In this document: positions 12,306 through 24,399 of the stretch, in pieces
Numbering within the stretch: position 1 is the first letter of the stretch
Layout: each line of letters starts with the position of its first letter
Assembly: GCA_040954595.2 (NCBI GenBank)
Contig: CM082598.2
Coordinates: 8,385,097-8,449,096, forward strand
Length of the DNA: 64,000 nucleotides
From: Balanoglossus misakiensis
Lineage: Eukaryota > Animalia > Hemichordata
Reading direction: 5' to 3'
Program-made: the position numbers and the translations under genes
The notes under the pieces: model-generated
Seen by the model: the letters and a program-made list of their open reading frames with translations, nothing else
What the model was told of the DNA's origin: nothing
Databases searched by the model: none

Positions 12306-15300
12306 CTATCATTTCCATCGTTTCTTGACCACCATAATGACAGTAACAATCTTCGTCAACCATCTCAACTTCTAGATCGTCAAATGTATCGATTGACATT
12401 CTGACACAGACGGCTTCGCTTTACATGTCCCCAAGGAAGACATTTTGAAACCCTTGAGCGATAGCGTCGCGTCGCCTCAACCACGATCACGTGACTCCAA
12501 CGGAAACACCCGAACAGTACCGAATATAGTACCCGAACCCACTCTTGAATAAATTACGGAAGTAATACGATTAAAGTATTACAGAGTATTAGGAGATAAT
12601 GGAGCGCGGCAACTATCACCTGAACAATAGCTCAAAGGACAGTCCGAAGTCCTTCTCTTTTTATGTCCATGGTTTAATCGAGGCAGCAATCATTTTATGT
12701 GTAGGGTGCCTATACACATTCGTAGCCGTAGCCTAGCCGGGCCGAGCAGGGTTTTTTTCATAATCGCATCTCCCCTAGATGATAAGGTATACATGTACGT
12801 TTATTTTGAAGGGGACGGGGGATACAGAGTTGTACCCAGGCTGACCCAGCAAAGCCGTTTAGATCACAGGCATGTATGATTGCACTTCAACCACTGCAAT
12901 GTACAGTGCTAAGTCTGTTGCAAACGTAAATGGGTTGCTCTTGTGACGTCACGGGTATGGGCGTGGCCCAAGCAGAAGTTTTTTTCTCAGGCCCTGAACA
13001 TTTTTAAATTTAACATTTATTTGTCCATATGAAATAAATAAAAGGACACCAGTATTTAACACACAAGCCCAATTATTAGTTATCCTCAAAAGTGTGTTTC
13101 GAGCCAAGATATGCTCTTTAAGTGATTAACATAGCTGTTTGTTATCATTTCTTGGCTGTCCTGGGCCCATGAAATTTCTCTCTTCCCTTTAAAAACTTAT
13201 TTCCTTCATGAAAAAAAGTATTTCTACTGATAAGGATCCAAATACTTTACGAGAATATGCATTATAACTGTGTTTGTGCAACTGATGCAAAGTGACCGGA
13301 GTACTGGTCCAAGTGACCGCATACGGGTCTAGCGCTACCACTCGTCTGGGACTCTCGTTTACCTTGACCTTTGCCAACTTGACCCGGATTTGTGGTTGTT
13401 TCTATTGTCAGTCCTCCAGTGCTATAAACATGGCGTTGTTGTAGTGTTCAAGTTGCCAATGAAGTGTGAGTATCATTTTTAATAAAAGTGACCGGATACT
13501 GGTCTAGGGGGTGTATGTAACAATTGGAATCAAAACTTTGAATTCGCATTCGAACAGCTCTACAATCTCAGTACTGCACTGGTACATTTGGTCAAACATC
13601 TGCCTCTTCAGCAGCATATGCCGTTGTTGCACTGCAGCGGACAGTACACATATCAACAAGCAGTAGGCGACTGCGTTCAGCAGAAGAACTGTTCTTTTTT
13701 GTTTTTCTAAACATACACTTAAAAGATAATCAATAAAAATGAAATATCAGCCCTGCAAATGAACTCTGAGTGCAAACTAGCACAGAATTAATAGTGACAT
13801 CATCGGTGGCACACAGAAACTGAGTATCAATAATTACAAGTAGTTCATCGGCGCATGCATCTTACTTGTAATTGTATTTGTTGTGGCAAGTGAAGGCCAT
13901 TATGTTTTACTACCACAAATGAATCGATGCTAATCGATTATTCATAAAAGTACACAGTTTTTGGAACTACTGTCGACAGTGTAAAAACCCTAGGTAGTAA
14001 CCTGCGGGTGAAACATGGCAACACTCGGTAGCTCCCCGGAACAGTTCTATTTCATGGTTATATAATTACATGTGCGGGTCCAGTGAAAAAAAATGGGTCC
14101 CGTGAACGTTCCCAAATTCATGCCTCGTCACCAAGGTCCTTGGAAAGAGGCACATTTTAAAACAGGCACTTAGTCAACTTTGGACAAGCTTTACTATTGC
14201 ATGCCCTGTGAGTCACAATGCACATCAGGCATTAACATAACTTTCAAACACGATGACTTTTACACCACGTGTAGGTTATATTATTGATTGCTACAATATT
14301 TTCAGTGTTTGGGTGTTAAAATGAACTCAGGTGGCTGGCAGTTGAAACACTGCTGAACAAACAGCTTCATGTCAATATAATCCAGGCATTATCACTGAAG
14401 AGGTGTGAATGAGCAAAGGCATTCAAGAGACTCCTCTGTGCAAACAGTGCCCTAGCTACCAGTTGTGAAGTTATATGATAAAGTGTGTCACATCAACAAG
14501 CAAAGCCCTTTACCATGTAAGATGTTAAGTGTTATGTTTTTTGTGCTTTATTTTTCATAGAAATGGTGAAAAAAACGATAGTTTTTGGTGCATATAAAGC
14601 AACATTTTTAGTTTTCAGTTTTCATCATGACATGAAGAATCATGATGTTTATCAACCAATGAAATAGTATAAACCGATATAACAATGTCATAATTGCTAG
14701 GGAAACTACATCTAACTATAACCTCCAACACTCCATAGGAAACATGTATTCAAAGCATAGTATGTTTCCACACTGAAAAAGAATTACCTGGACTAAACTT
14801 CACAGTGGGTGACTAACAATGCACAAATTAGATAATTTAACACAATAGTCAAAGGCGGATATTTGTTACTGTGTGTGACCAGGGTATCATTTTAAACACA
14901 GACTGGACTTTGACTACTGTGTCCAAAGGAAAAGATACATCTGTGTCAAAGTCAAATTGCAAAATATGTGTCAAAAGTGACAAATCTTACCATGCATGTC
15001 ATTAGACTCAAACGATAAAATCTTCATGTGACTTTCCTGGCTAAAGTTTACTTACAACATTTCTCCATGCTTTACCCACCCCAGACACAGTGTGACAAAT
15101 CCAATATTTGATAGAGTGAATGAACCTTGTAAGTTTCCCAATCGGTACTACCCAAAAAACCTCACAGCAAGCTAAATTTCAAATGTGGATGGGGTGGGGA
15201 GTGGAACCTAACCTAACATATAGTCGTTTAGATTTAACTTATGCCTGCGAGTTACGTGTTAATATTGTCTGCATATCTGCCGCGTACAGTGCGTCGGTGC

Positions 15301-15819
15301 GTGAAAATGATCACAGGTACCATTCCAAAGAATTCCACTAAATCATGATGACGATGTGCATGGAAAAAAACTGATTATGATTTATCTGAGAAACAATAGC
15401 ATGTTATTCATAAAATATACACATTAACGAATGAATAAAGCATCACGATCAGTATACCCCGACACTTATTTAAGCTTTTATCATTATTATACCTTTGTCA
15501 TTACTATCAATATTTACAGTCCTGTACACCAAAGCTATCACCACATTTGTTTGCCTTTATAACACCATTCACATGAAACCCTTCGCCATCTTTAACCTTT
15601 ATTATACTCATTGTTTTAGCCCATTATAATCTGTGTACACTTAATTTTACCACAAACCATCATCACATTTGTTAACTGTTTATTAAACCCTTCCAATTAT
15701 GTTGCCCATTATTATACCATTCACATTTGTAAACCAATCATCATACCCTTCATACAAGCAATTGCTGATTGCTGTTAACCCTTCTGTACACAAGCCATTA
15801 TCAAGAAATAGGCAACATG

Positions 15820-17340
15820 AATTTCACATAACACAGATTGTCGGTGCTGAAAATGAAGTTATCATGACCATTACCTATGCTAATTAAAAGTGTATGTGGC
15901 AACTTGACCTTAGCAGGCGCTGCCTTATTATGCTCACTGTCAGAGTATAAATAAATGTACAGACGCAAATTAGACAACTTCAATATAGCGCACATAACAC
16001 AGTTTGTCATCTCTGAGAATATTGTTCCCAGGCTAAATAAAAGTGTTGTGTATGTGGTACAGTATGGATTCCTTGTCAGATTTCCTATAACACAGTTTAT
16101 GAGCCCCGGGAATTCCCATATCACAGATTGTGAGCCCCAAGAATTCCCATCACACAGTTTGTGAGCCCCGAGAATTCCCATAACACAGTTTGTGAGCCCC
16201 AAGAATTCCCATAACACAGTTTGTGAGCCCCGAGAACTCCCATAGTACAGTTCACGAGCCCCGAGAATTCCCATAACCGAGCTTGTGAGCCCCGAGAATT
16301 CCCGTGACACAGTTTGTGAGCTCCGAGATTTCCCATGACACAGTTTGTGAGCTCCGAGATTTCCCATGACACAGTTTGTGAGCCCCGAGAATTCCCATGA
16401 CACAGTTTGTGAGCACTGAGAATTCCTATGACACAGATTGTGAGCCCCGAGAATTCCCATGACACAGTTTGTGAGCCCCGAGAATTCCCTTAACACAGTT
16501 TGTGAGCCCCGAGAATTCCCATAACACAGTTTGTGAGCTCCGAGAACACAGTTCTCATGAACATTTCCCATGCTCAATAAAAGTGTTGTGTGTAGCATAA
16601 GCATTTTACCGTCTGCTGTGACATTTGTCTCCCTGTGACAGTTTAAGTAAATGTGGAGACATGCAAATTAGGCAACATCAATATCTCATACATAACTCAT
16701 TGTGTTTTGTTCACATTTTTGTTTCATTTTGAAAATGAACAAAGGACTTTCCTATCATTGACCAACACTCTCTGTTAACAGTTGATCGATATACAGGGCT
16801 AGATCACTTAAACCATCTGGCATACCTGGGTACCTAAATGTAGTGAGACTAAAGCATGTTCAGGTTGGTGCCCCAAACCATAAAGACAACTGGTTGCTAA
16901 CGATTGCCAATTAGGCAATTTGGATATCTTATACATAACACAGTTTGTCAACTACGAGAATACTGTTCCCAAGACTATTTCCCACGCTAAATAGAAATGT
17001 TGTGTAACAGTATTTCGTAGAATGACATTCCTATACGTTGCCTTATTTTGCTCATAATCAGAGTTTCAGTAAATTTAGAGACATGCAAGTTTAGCAGCTT
17101 GAATTTCTCATAACACAGTTTTTGAGCTCCGAGAACACAGTTCTCACGAATATTTCCCATGCTCAATAAAAGTTGTGTGTATGTCTCACAATGATCTTTC
17201 TATACGCTGCCTTATTTAGCAACCGTTAAGAATTCAAGTTAATGTGGAGATGTATTAGGCAACATCAATGTCCCATACATAACACAGTTTGTACGTATGA
17301 ATACGTCCAAATTACCCAAATCGAATTTTCCTTAAACAAT
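15820..17340. repeat. Degenerate ~170-190-bp satellite containing a 31-bp minisatellite (16085-16545, ~15 copies)
   Basis: 31-bp unit CATAACACAGTTTGTGAGCCCCGAGAATTCC. The same CATAACACAG...GAGAA...AATAAAAGTGTTGTGT motif occurs singly at ~15830, ~15995, ~16935, ~17110 and ~17280. Confidence 0.9.
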
Positions 17341-17855
17341 TGGTCAGCTCTGCGAATATAGTTCACCTGACCACTTTCTTTTGCCAAGTAAGAGTGTTGC
17401 TTATGTAATAATATTAATATAATCTTTATAACTTATGTAGCACATAATGCGATAAATCTCAACGTGCTTTAGAGTTGTCCCATGGTCATTTGACCTAGGT
17501 CGTTGGACCTAAATATTCCATTCAACCTCCCGGAGGAGTAAACAACAGCTCACCATCATCAGCAATGCCAAATTACAGTATTAACCCAGGGATTTATAAT
17601 CAACTTGAAAACCCCGTACGCATTAAATACCCTTGTCAAAGCGAAGTGTGCCCTTATGCAAAGAATCACATTCAATGTCACCATTGCATTAGCAATTTTA
17701 AATTACAGTGCTTTTAGACATGTATTAACCCAGGTATTTTCATTCAACTTTTAATCCCCCTGTATGGATTGTAAACCCTGGTGTCAAAGTTTAGTGATTG
17801 CATCACCATTAACCCTGGAACATCATCAAGCATTCTCAGCATTTGCCCAGATGCA

Positions 17856-20800
17856 AGTAACCAGGCAAGAGTGGACAGTATGCTGCCCATTTATTTTGAG
17901 TGTTTAGTGGGGTCAACCTGTGTGTCAACATTAACCACAGCACACAATAACCAGGCCAGAGTGGACAGTATGCTGCCCATTCATTTTGAGTGTTTGGTGG
18001 GGTCAACCTTTGCGTCAACATTAACCAGAGCAAACAGTAACCAGGCCAGAGTGGACAGTATGCTGCCCATTAATTTTGATTGTTTGGTGGGGTCAACCTG
18101 TGCGCCAACATTAACCAGAGCACACAGTAAACAGGCCAGAGTGGACAGTGTGCTGCCCATTAATTTTGAGTGTTTGCAGGTGGGGTCAACCTTTGCGTCA
18201 ACATTAACCACAGCACACAATAACTAGGCCAGAGTGGACAGTATGCTGCCCATTAATTTTGAGTGTTTGGTGGGGTCAACCTGTGTGTCAACATTAACCA
18301 GGCCAGACAGAAACGTGGCCAGAGTGGACAGTATGCTGCCCATTAATTTTGAGTGTTTGGTGGGGTCAACCTTTGCGTCAACATTAATCAGAGCACACAG
18401 TAACCAGGCCAGAGTGGACAGTATGCTGCCCATTAATTTTGAGTGTTTGGTGGGGTCAACCTTTGCGTCAACATTAACCACAGCACACAATAACCAGGCC
18501 AGAGTGGACAGTATGCTGCCCATTCATTTTGAGTGTTTGGTGGGGTCAACCTTTGCGTCAACATTAACCACAGCACACAATAACCAGGCCAGAGTGGACA
18601 GTATGCTGCCCATTCATTTTGAGTGTTTGGTGGTGTCAACCTTTGCGTCAACATTAACCAGAGCACACAGTAACCAGGCCAGAGTGGACAGTATGCTGCC
18701 CATTCATTTTGAGTGTTTGGTGGGGTCAACCTTTGTGTCAACATTAACCACAACACACAGTAACCAGGCCAGAGTGGACAGTATGCTGCCCATTAATTTT
18801 GAGTGTTTGGTGGGGTCAACCTTTGCGTCAACATTAACCAGAGCACACAGTAACCAGGCCATTGTGGACGGTATGCTGCCCATTATTTTTGAGTGTTTGG
18901 TGGGGTCAACCTTTGCGTCAACATTAACCAGAGCACACAGTAACCAGGCCAGAGTGGACAGTATGCTGCCCATTAATTTTGAGTGTTTGGTGGGGTCAAC
19001 CTTTGCGTCAACATTAACCAGGCCAGACAGAAACGTGGCCAGAGTGGACAGTATGCTGCCCATTAATTTTGAGTGTTTGGTGGGGTCAACCTTTGCGTCA
19101 ACATTAACCAGAGCACACAGTAACCAGGCCAGAGTGGACAGTGTGCTGCCCATTCATTTTGAGTGTTTGGTGGGGTCAACCTTTGCGTCAACATTAACCA
19201 CAGCACACAATAACCAGGCCAGAGTGGACAGTGTGCTGCCCATTCATTTTGAGTGTTTGGTGGGGTCAACCTTTGCGTCAACATTAACCACAGCACACAA
19301 TAACCAGGCCAGAGTGGACAGTATGCTGCCCATTCATTTTAAGTGTTTGAAGGGGTCAACCTTTGCGTCAACATTAACCAGAGCAAACAGTAACCAGGCC
19401 AGAGTGGACAGTATGCTGCCCATTAATTTTGACTGTTTGGTGGGGTCAACCTTTGCGTCAACATTAACCACAGCACACAATAACCAGGCCAGAGTGGACA
19501 GTATGCTGCCCATTCATTTTGAGTGTTTGGTGGGGTCAACCTTTGCGTCAACATTAACCAGAGCACACAGTAACCAGGCCAGAGTGGACAGTATGCTGCC
19601 CATTCATTTTGAGTGTTTGGTGGTGTCAACCTTTGCGTCAACATTAACCAGAGCACACAGTAACCAGGCCAGAGTGGACAGTATGCTGCCCATTAATTTT
19701 GAGTGTTTGGTGGGGTCAACCTTTGCGTCAATATTAACCAGAGCACACAGTAACCAGGCCCGAGTGGACAGTATGCTGCCCATTAATTTTGAGTGTTTGG
19801 TGGGGTCAACCTTTGCGTCAACATTAACCAGAGCACACAGTAACCAGGCCATTGTGGACGGTATGCTGCCCATTATTTTTGAGTGTTTGGTGGGGTCAAC
19901 CTTTGCGTCAACATTAACCAGAGCACACAGTAACCAGGCCAGAGTGGACAGTATGCTGCCCATTAATTTTGAGTGTTTGGTGGGGTCAACCTTTGCGTCA
20001 ACATTAACCAGGCCAGACAGAAACGTGGCCAGAGTGGACAGTATGCTGCCCATTAAGTTTGAGTGTTTGGTGGGGTCAACCTTTGCGTCAACATTAACCA
20101 GAGCACACAGTAACCAGGCCAGAGTGGACAGTGTGCTGCCCATTCATTTTGAGTGTTTGGTGGGGTCAACCTTTGCGTCAACATTAACCACAGCACACAA
20201 TAACCAGGCCAGAGTGGACAGTATGCTGCCCATTCATTTTGAGTGTTTGGTGGGGTCAACCTTTGCGTCAACATTAACCACAGCACACAATAACCAGGCC
20301 AGAGTGGACAGTATGCTGCCCATTCATTTTGAGTGTTTGGTGGGGTCAACATTTGCGTCAACATTAACCACAGCACACAATAACCAGGCCAGAGTGGACA
20401 GTATGCTGCCCATTAATTTTGAGTGTTTGGTGGTGTCAACCTTTGCGTCAACATTAACCAGAGCACACAGTAACCAGGCCAGAGTGGACAGTATGCTGCC
20501 CATTAATTTTGAGTGTTTGGTGGGGTCAACCTTTGCGTCAATATTAACCAGAGCACACAGTAACCAGGCCAGAGTGGACAGTATGCTGCCCATTAATTTT
20601 GAGTGTTTGGTGGGGTCAACCTTTTCGTCAATATTAACCAGAGCACACAGTAACCAGGCCAGAGTGGACAGTATGCTGCCCATTCATTTTGAGTGTTTGG
20701 TTGAGTCAACCTGTGCATCAACATTAACCAGGCCAGACAGAAACGTGGCCAGAGTGGACAGTATGCTGCCCATTAATTTTGAGTGTTTGGTGGGGTCAAC

Positions 20801-21860
20801 CTTTGCGTCAACATTAACCAGAGCACACAGTAATCAGGCCAGAGTGGACAGTATGCTGCCCATTAATTTTGAGTGTTTGGTGGGGTCAACCTTTGCGTCA
20901 ACATTAACCAGAGCACACAGTAACCAGGCCAGAGTGGACAGTATGCTGGCCATTAATTTTGAGTGTATGGTGGGGTCAACCTTTGCGTCAACATTAACCA
21001 GAGCACACAGTAACCAGGCCAGAGTGGACAGTATGCTGCCCATTAATTCTGAATGTATGGTTGGGTCAACCTTTGCGTCAACATTAACCAGAGCACACAG
21101 TAACCAGGCCAGAGTGGACAGTATGCTGCCCATTAATTTTGATTGTTTGGTGGGGTCAACCTGTGCGCCAACATTAACCAGAGCACACAGTAAACAGGCC
21201 AGAGTGGACAGTGTGCTGCCCATTAATTTTGAGTGTTTGGTTGGGTCAACCTGTGCATCAACATTAACCAGGCCAGACAGAAACGTGGCCAGAGTGGACA
21301 GTATGCTGCCCATTAATTTTGAGTGTTTGGTGGGGTCAACCTTTGCGTCAATATTAACCAGAGCACACAGTAACCAGGCCAGAGTGGACAGTGTGCTGCC
21401 CATTAATTTTGAGTGTTTGGTGGTGTCAACCTTTGCGTCAATATTAACCAGACCAGACAGAAACGTGGCCAGAGTGGACAGTATGCTGCCCATTAGTTTT
21501 GAGTGTTTGGTGGGGTCAACCTTTGCGTCAATATTAACCAGAGCACACAGTAACCAGGCCAGAGTTGACAGTATGCTGCCCATTAATTTTGAGTGTATGG
21601 TGGGGTCAACCTTTTCGTCAAAATTAACCAAGCCAGACAGAAACGTGGCCAGAGTGGACAGTATGCTGCCCATTAATTTTGAGTGTTTGGTGGGGTCAAC
21701 CTTTGCGTCAATATTAACCAGAGCACACAGTAACCAGGCCAGAGTGGACAGTATCCAGCCCATTAATTTTGAGTGTTTGGTGGTGTCAACCTTTGCGTCA
21801 ATATTAACCAGGCCAGACAGAAAGCAGGCCAGAGTGGACAGTATCCTACCCATTAATTTT
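17856..21860. repeat. 90-bp tandem satellite, ~44 highly similar copies
   Basis: Unit AGTAACCAGGCCAGAGTGGACAGTATGCTGCCCATTAATTTTGAGTGTTTGGTGGGGTCAACCTTTGCGTCAACATTAACCAGAGCACAC. It generates the 1214-aa ORF and the minus-strand repeat ORFs. Confidence 0.98.
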
Positions 21861-22774
21861 CGAGTGTTTTGTGGTTAAATTTGATCAAATACTGCCTCCT
21901 GCTGGCACTGCATCATTTAAGAAATGTGAAAAGATGGCAAGACAGTTTTGGTAAGTGTGGGCCCCCTAACTGAAGCAAAAGCACAAACTGAAAAACAAAG
22001 ATATGAATTTGGAATAGTTTTATTTATTACATATGAAAAATAATGAAGACTTATGCTTCAAAGAAAGTATCGACGGAGTCGAACCGCCAATGCTGCAATG
22101 GCATCATACCCATAATACTTTTTTGCTTTTTGCATGAATTTCATTATTTTTCATATGCTGTGCAGCTAAAGTGTGGCTAGATGGCTAACTGCTGATGTAA
22201 AATATCTTGCATACCAATTTGGAACAATTACCCCAAGTAGTGGTCAAACAGAAACAGCTTTCATTCAATTTGAAACAAGGTGACAAAAGTGGTCGAAATG
22301 AAACAATGAGCAAAAACAGTGTTTATCAAACTTAAATAATGTGCCAAAATAGCTCCTGTTGATATTGCACAAAATTAACTGTTGCATTTTACCCTTGAGT
22401 TATATTTTATTTATAGGCAATTATGTGTTAATACTAATTATTACCTATGGGTAAAAAACATCAGTTTCTTAAGTACAAATCGCAAGAAGCTCCCCCATAC
22501 ATTTTTTAGTGTTTTTTTTTTAAATCATGCAAGATAATTACATTCTGTGTGATAAACTAACTAACTTTACGCGCCTGGGGACAGTTAAAAACCTCGAGCC
22601 AAATATAAAATGAGGAAAAACTGCCCCCTCCCCCGTCCTGAATTTTAAAAGGTGGGGGCTCAAACTAACCAGAATTGTCTTGCCAACTCGTATTTTTCTG
22701 TGTACAATTTGATGTATTGTTGTTGCGTGAGATAGATGATTCGTGTTGATGCGTGAATTGCGATGATGAAAGCG

Positions 22775-22970
22775 AAAAATCCATCGGTGAATCAAACGGG
22801 CACACGACGAAATTCCATTACACGACGAGCGAACTGCGATGAAGAACGCGAACGCGGGTAACGTTGTAAAAAATCCATCGGCGAATCAAACGGGCACACA
22901 CGACGAAATTCCATTACACGACGAGCGACCTGGAATGAAGAACGCGAACGCGGGTAACGCTGCAAAAAAT
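22775..22970. repeat. Two tandem copies of a ~95-bp CpG-rich unit
   Basis: AAAAATCCATCGG...CGACGAAATTCCATTACACGACGAGCGA...GAAGAACGCGAACGCGGGTAACG occurs twice. Confidence 0.85.
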
Positions 22971-23390
22971 CGGCAGACAAATTACACGAATGCAAAGCAA
23001 AAATTATTTTACCTAACCTGACACTAATGAATTACCCATTAATTTTAATTTCTCATTATTACACCCCAATTAATCAGCATACTTTTGTAATATTAACACC
23101 ATTTATACACATCCCACAATGTTTATACCATCAAGTTAATACCCTTTTATTATTATTATACCACTAAAACCTTGTATTAACCATTTTTTATTATTACACC
23201 ATAGACATTTACACCCAGTTATATTATACCGGTATTTACCCTCTGTACATGTACAGTTCTTATTTACCACGTGGCATTACCGTTGTTTTTATAGTATTTT
23301 AATTACTTATCATACCCTTGAAACCATAATATTATACCCTTGCAGACAGTTTTGTTACGGTACCCTTGTGCACACTGTTTTATAAGTCAT

Positions 23391-23570
23391 CATACACCAA
23401 CCCTTCACCATTCCATTACATTATACCATTTTTTATTAGCCTAACCTATTCATACACCAACCCTTCACCATTCTGTTAGATTATACCATTTTTTATTACC
23501 CTAACATATTCATACACCAACCCTTCACCATTCCCTTAGATTAAACCATTTTTATTAACCTAACCTATTG
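23391..23570. repeat. 60-bp tandem repeat, 3 copies
   Basis: CATACACCAACCCTTCACCATT at 23391, 23451 and 23511. Confidence 0.9.
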
Positions 23571-23750
23571 ACAGCATCCCTCTGGTTATGATATTGTTAT
23601 ATGGCGCGGCGTTGTTGTAGATATTGATTAGACTCCCTCCGGCGATGATATTACCAATGAACCTATTGGAAAAAAAGAATGAATATTATTAATTAGATCA
23701 GATCAACAAATCATGGCGTCGTTCATCCCTCTGGTCACAGAAGCATCATC

Positions 23751-24262
23751 TGGCGTCGTTACAAGTTTAAGTTCATCTCTCCAGTACAGTATTAGGTGGC
23801 GGCGGCGTTACAAGTATTAAGTTCATCCCTCCAGTACAGTATAAGGTGGCGGCGTCGTTACAAGTATTAAGTTCATCCCTCCAGTACAGTATAAGGTGGC
23901 GGCGTCGTTACAAGCATTAAGTTCATCTCTCCAGTACAGTATTAGGTGGCGGCGTCGTTACAAGTATTAAGTTCATCTCTCCAGTACAGTATTAGGTGGC
24001 GGCGTCGTTACAAGTATTAAGTTCATCTCTCCAGTACAGTATAAGGTGGCGGCGTCGTTACAAGTATTAAGTTCATCCCTCCAGTACAGTATTAGGTGGC
24101 GGCGTCGTTACAAGTATTAAGTTCATCTCTCCAGTACAGTATTAGGTGGCGGCGTCGTTACAAGTATTAAGTTCATCTCTCCAGTACAGTATTAGGTGGC
24201 GGCGTCGTTACAAGTATTAAGTTCATCTCTCCAGTACAGTATTAGGTGGCGGCGTCGTTACA
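23751..24262. repeat. 50-bp tandem repeat, ~10 copies
   Basis: Unit GGCGTCGTTACAAGTATTAAGTTCATCTCTCCAGTACAGTATTAGGTGGC with an exact 50-bp period. Confidence 0.97.
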
Positions 24263-24399
24263 AATATTACACTCCCTCCAGCAGCAGTGTTACCAATGAA
24301 CCTAATGTAAAAAAAGAATGAAATTATTTTAATAAACTGATTAGATCAAGTCATCATCATTGATAAAAAAAAACAATGATAAGAAGAAATAATTTAAAA

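Larger units (their letters stand above)
5727..13117 (+). mobile_element. 7.4-kb DNA transposon with TTAA target duplication, short imperfect AG...CT TIRs (Kolobok-like ends) and two convergent genes
   Basis: Left end TTAA(5723-5726)|AGACCATATATTGCCT; right end AGCCAAGATATGCTCT|TTAA(13118-13121); 13/16 match as inverted repeats. Subterminal inverted motif GTGACGTCACAAGAG(G/C)AACCC at 5921-5941 and 12932-12952 matches 20/21. Confidence 0.7.

Noticed and set aside
5727-13117. ProtoRAG/RAG1L-RAG2L transposon
   Set aside because: The catalytic core is P-type, the partner gene has no kelch/PHD features, and there are no paired RSS-like CAC termini (the CACTATG at ~6618 has no partner that I could find).
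15801-16604. 267-aa ORF
   Set aside because: By-product of the 31-bp minisatellite, with the peptide cycling through three frames.
18234-21878. 1214-aa ORF (and minus-strand repeat ORFs) as a protein-coding gene
   Set aside because: Explained by a stop-free 90-bp satellite unit; variants are mostly non-synonymous and there is no unique domain. Kept only as a low-interest finding.
16085-24262. CRISPR array interpretation of the 31-, 90- and 50-bp repeats
   Set aside because: Units are contiguous with no unique spacers, there are no cas genes, and the context is eukaryotic.
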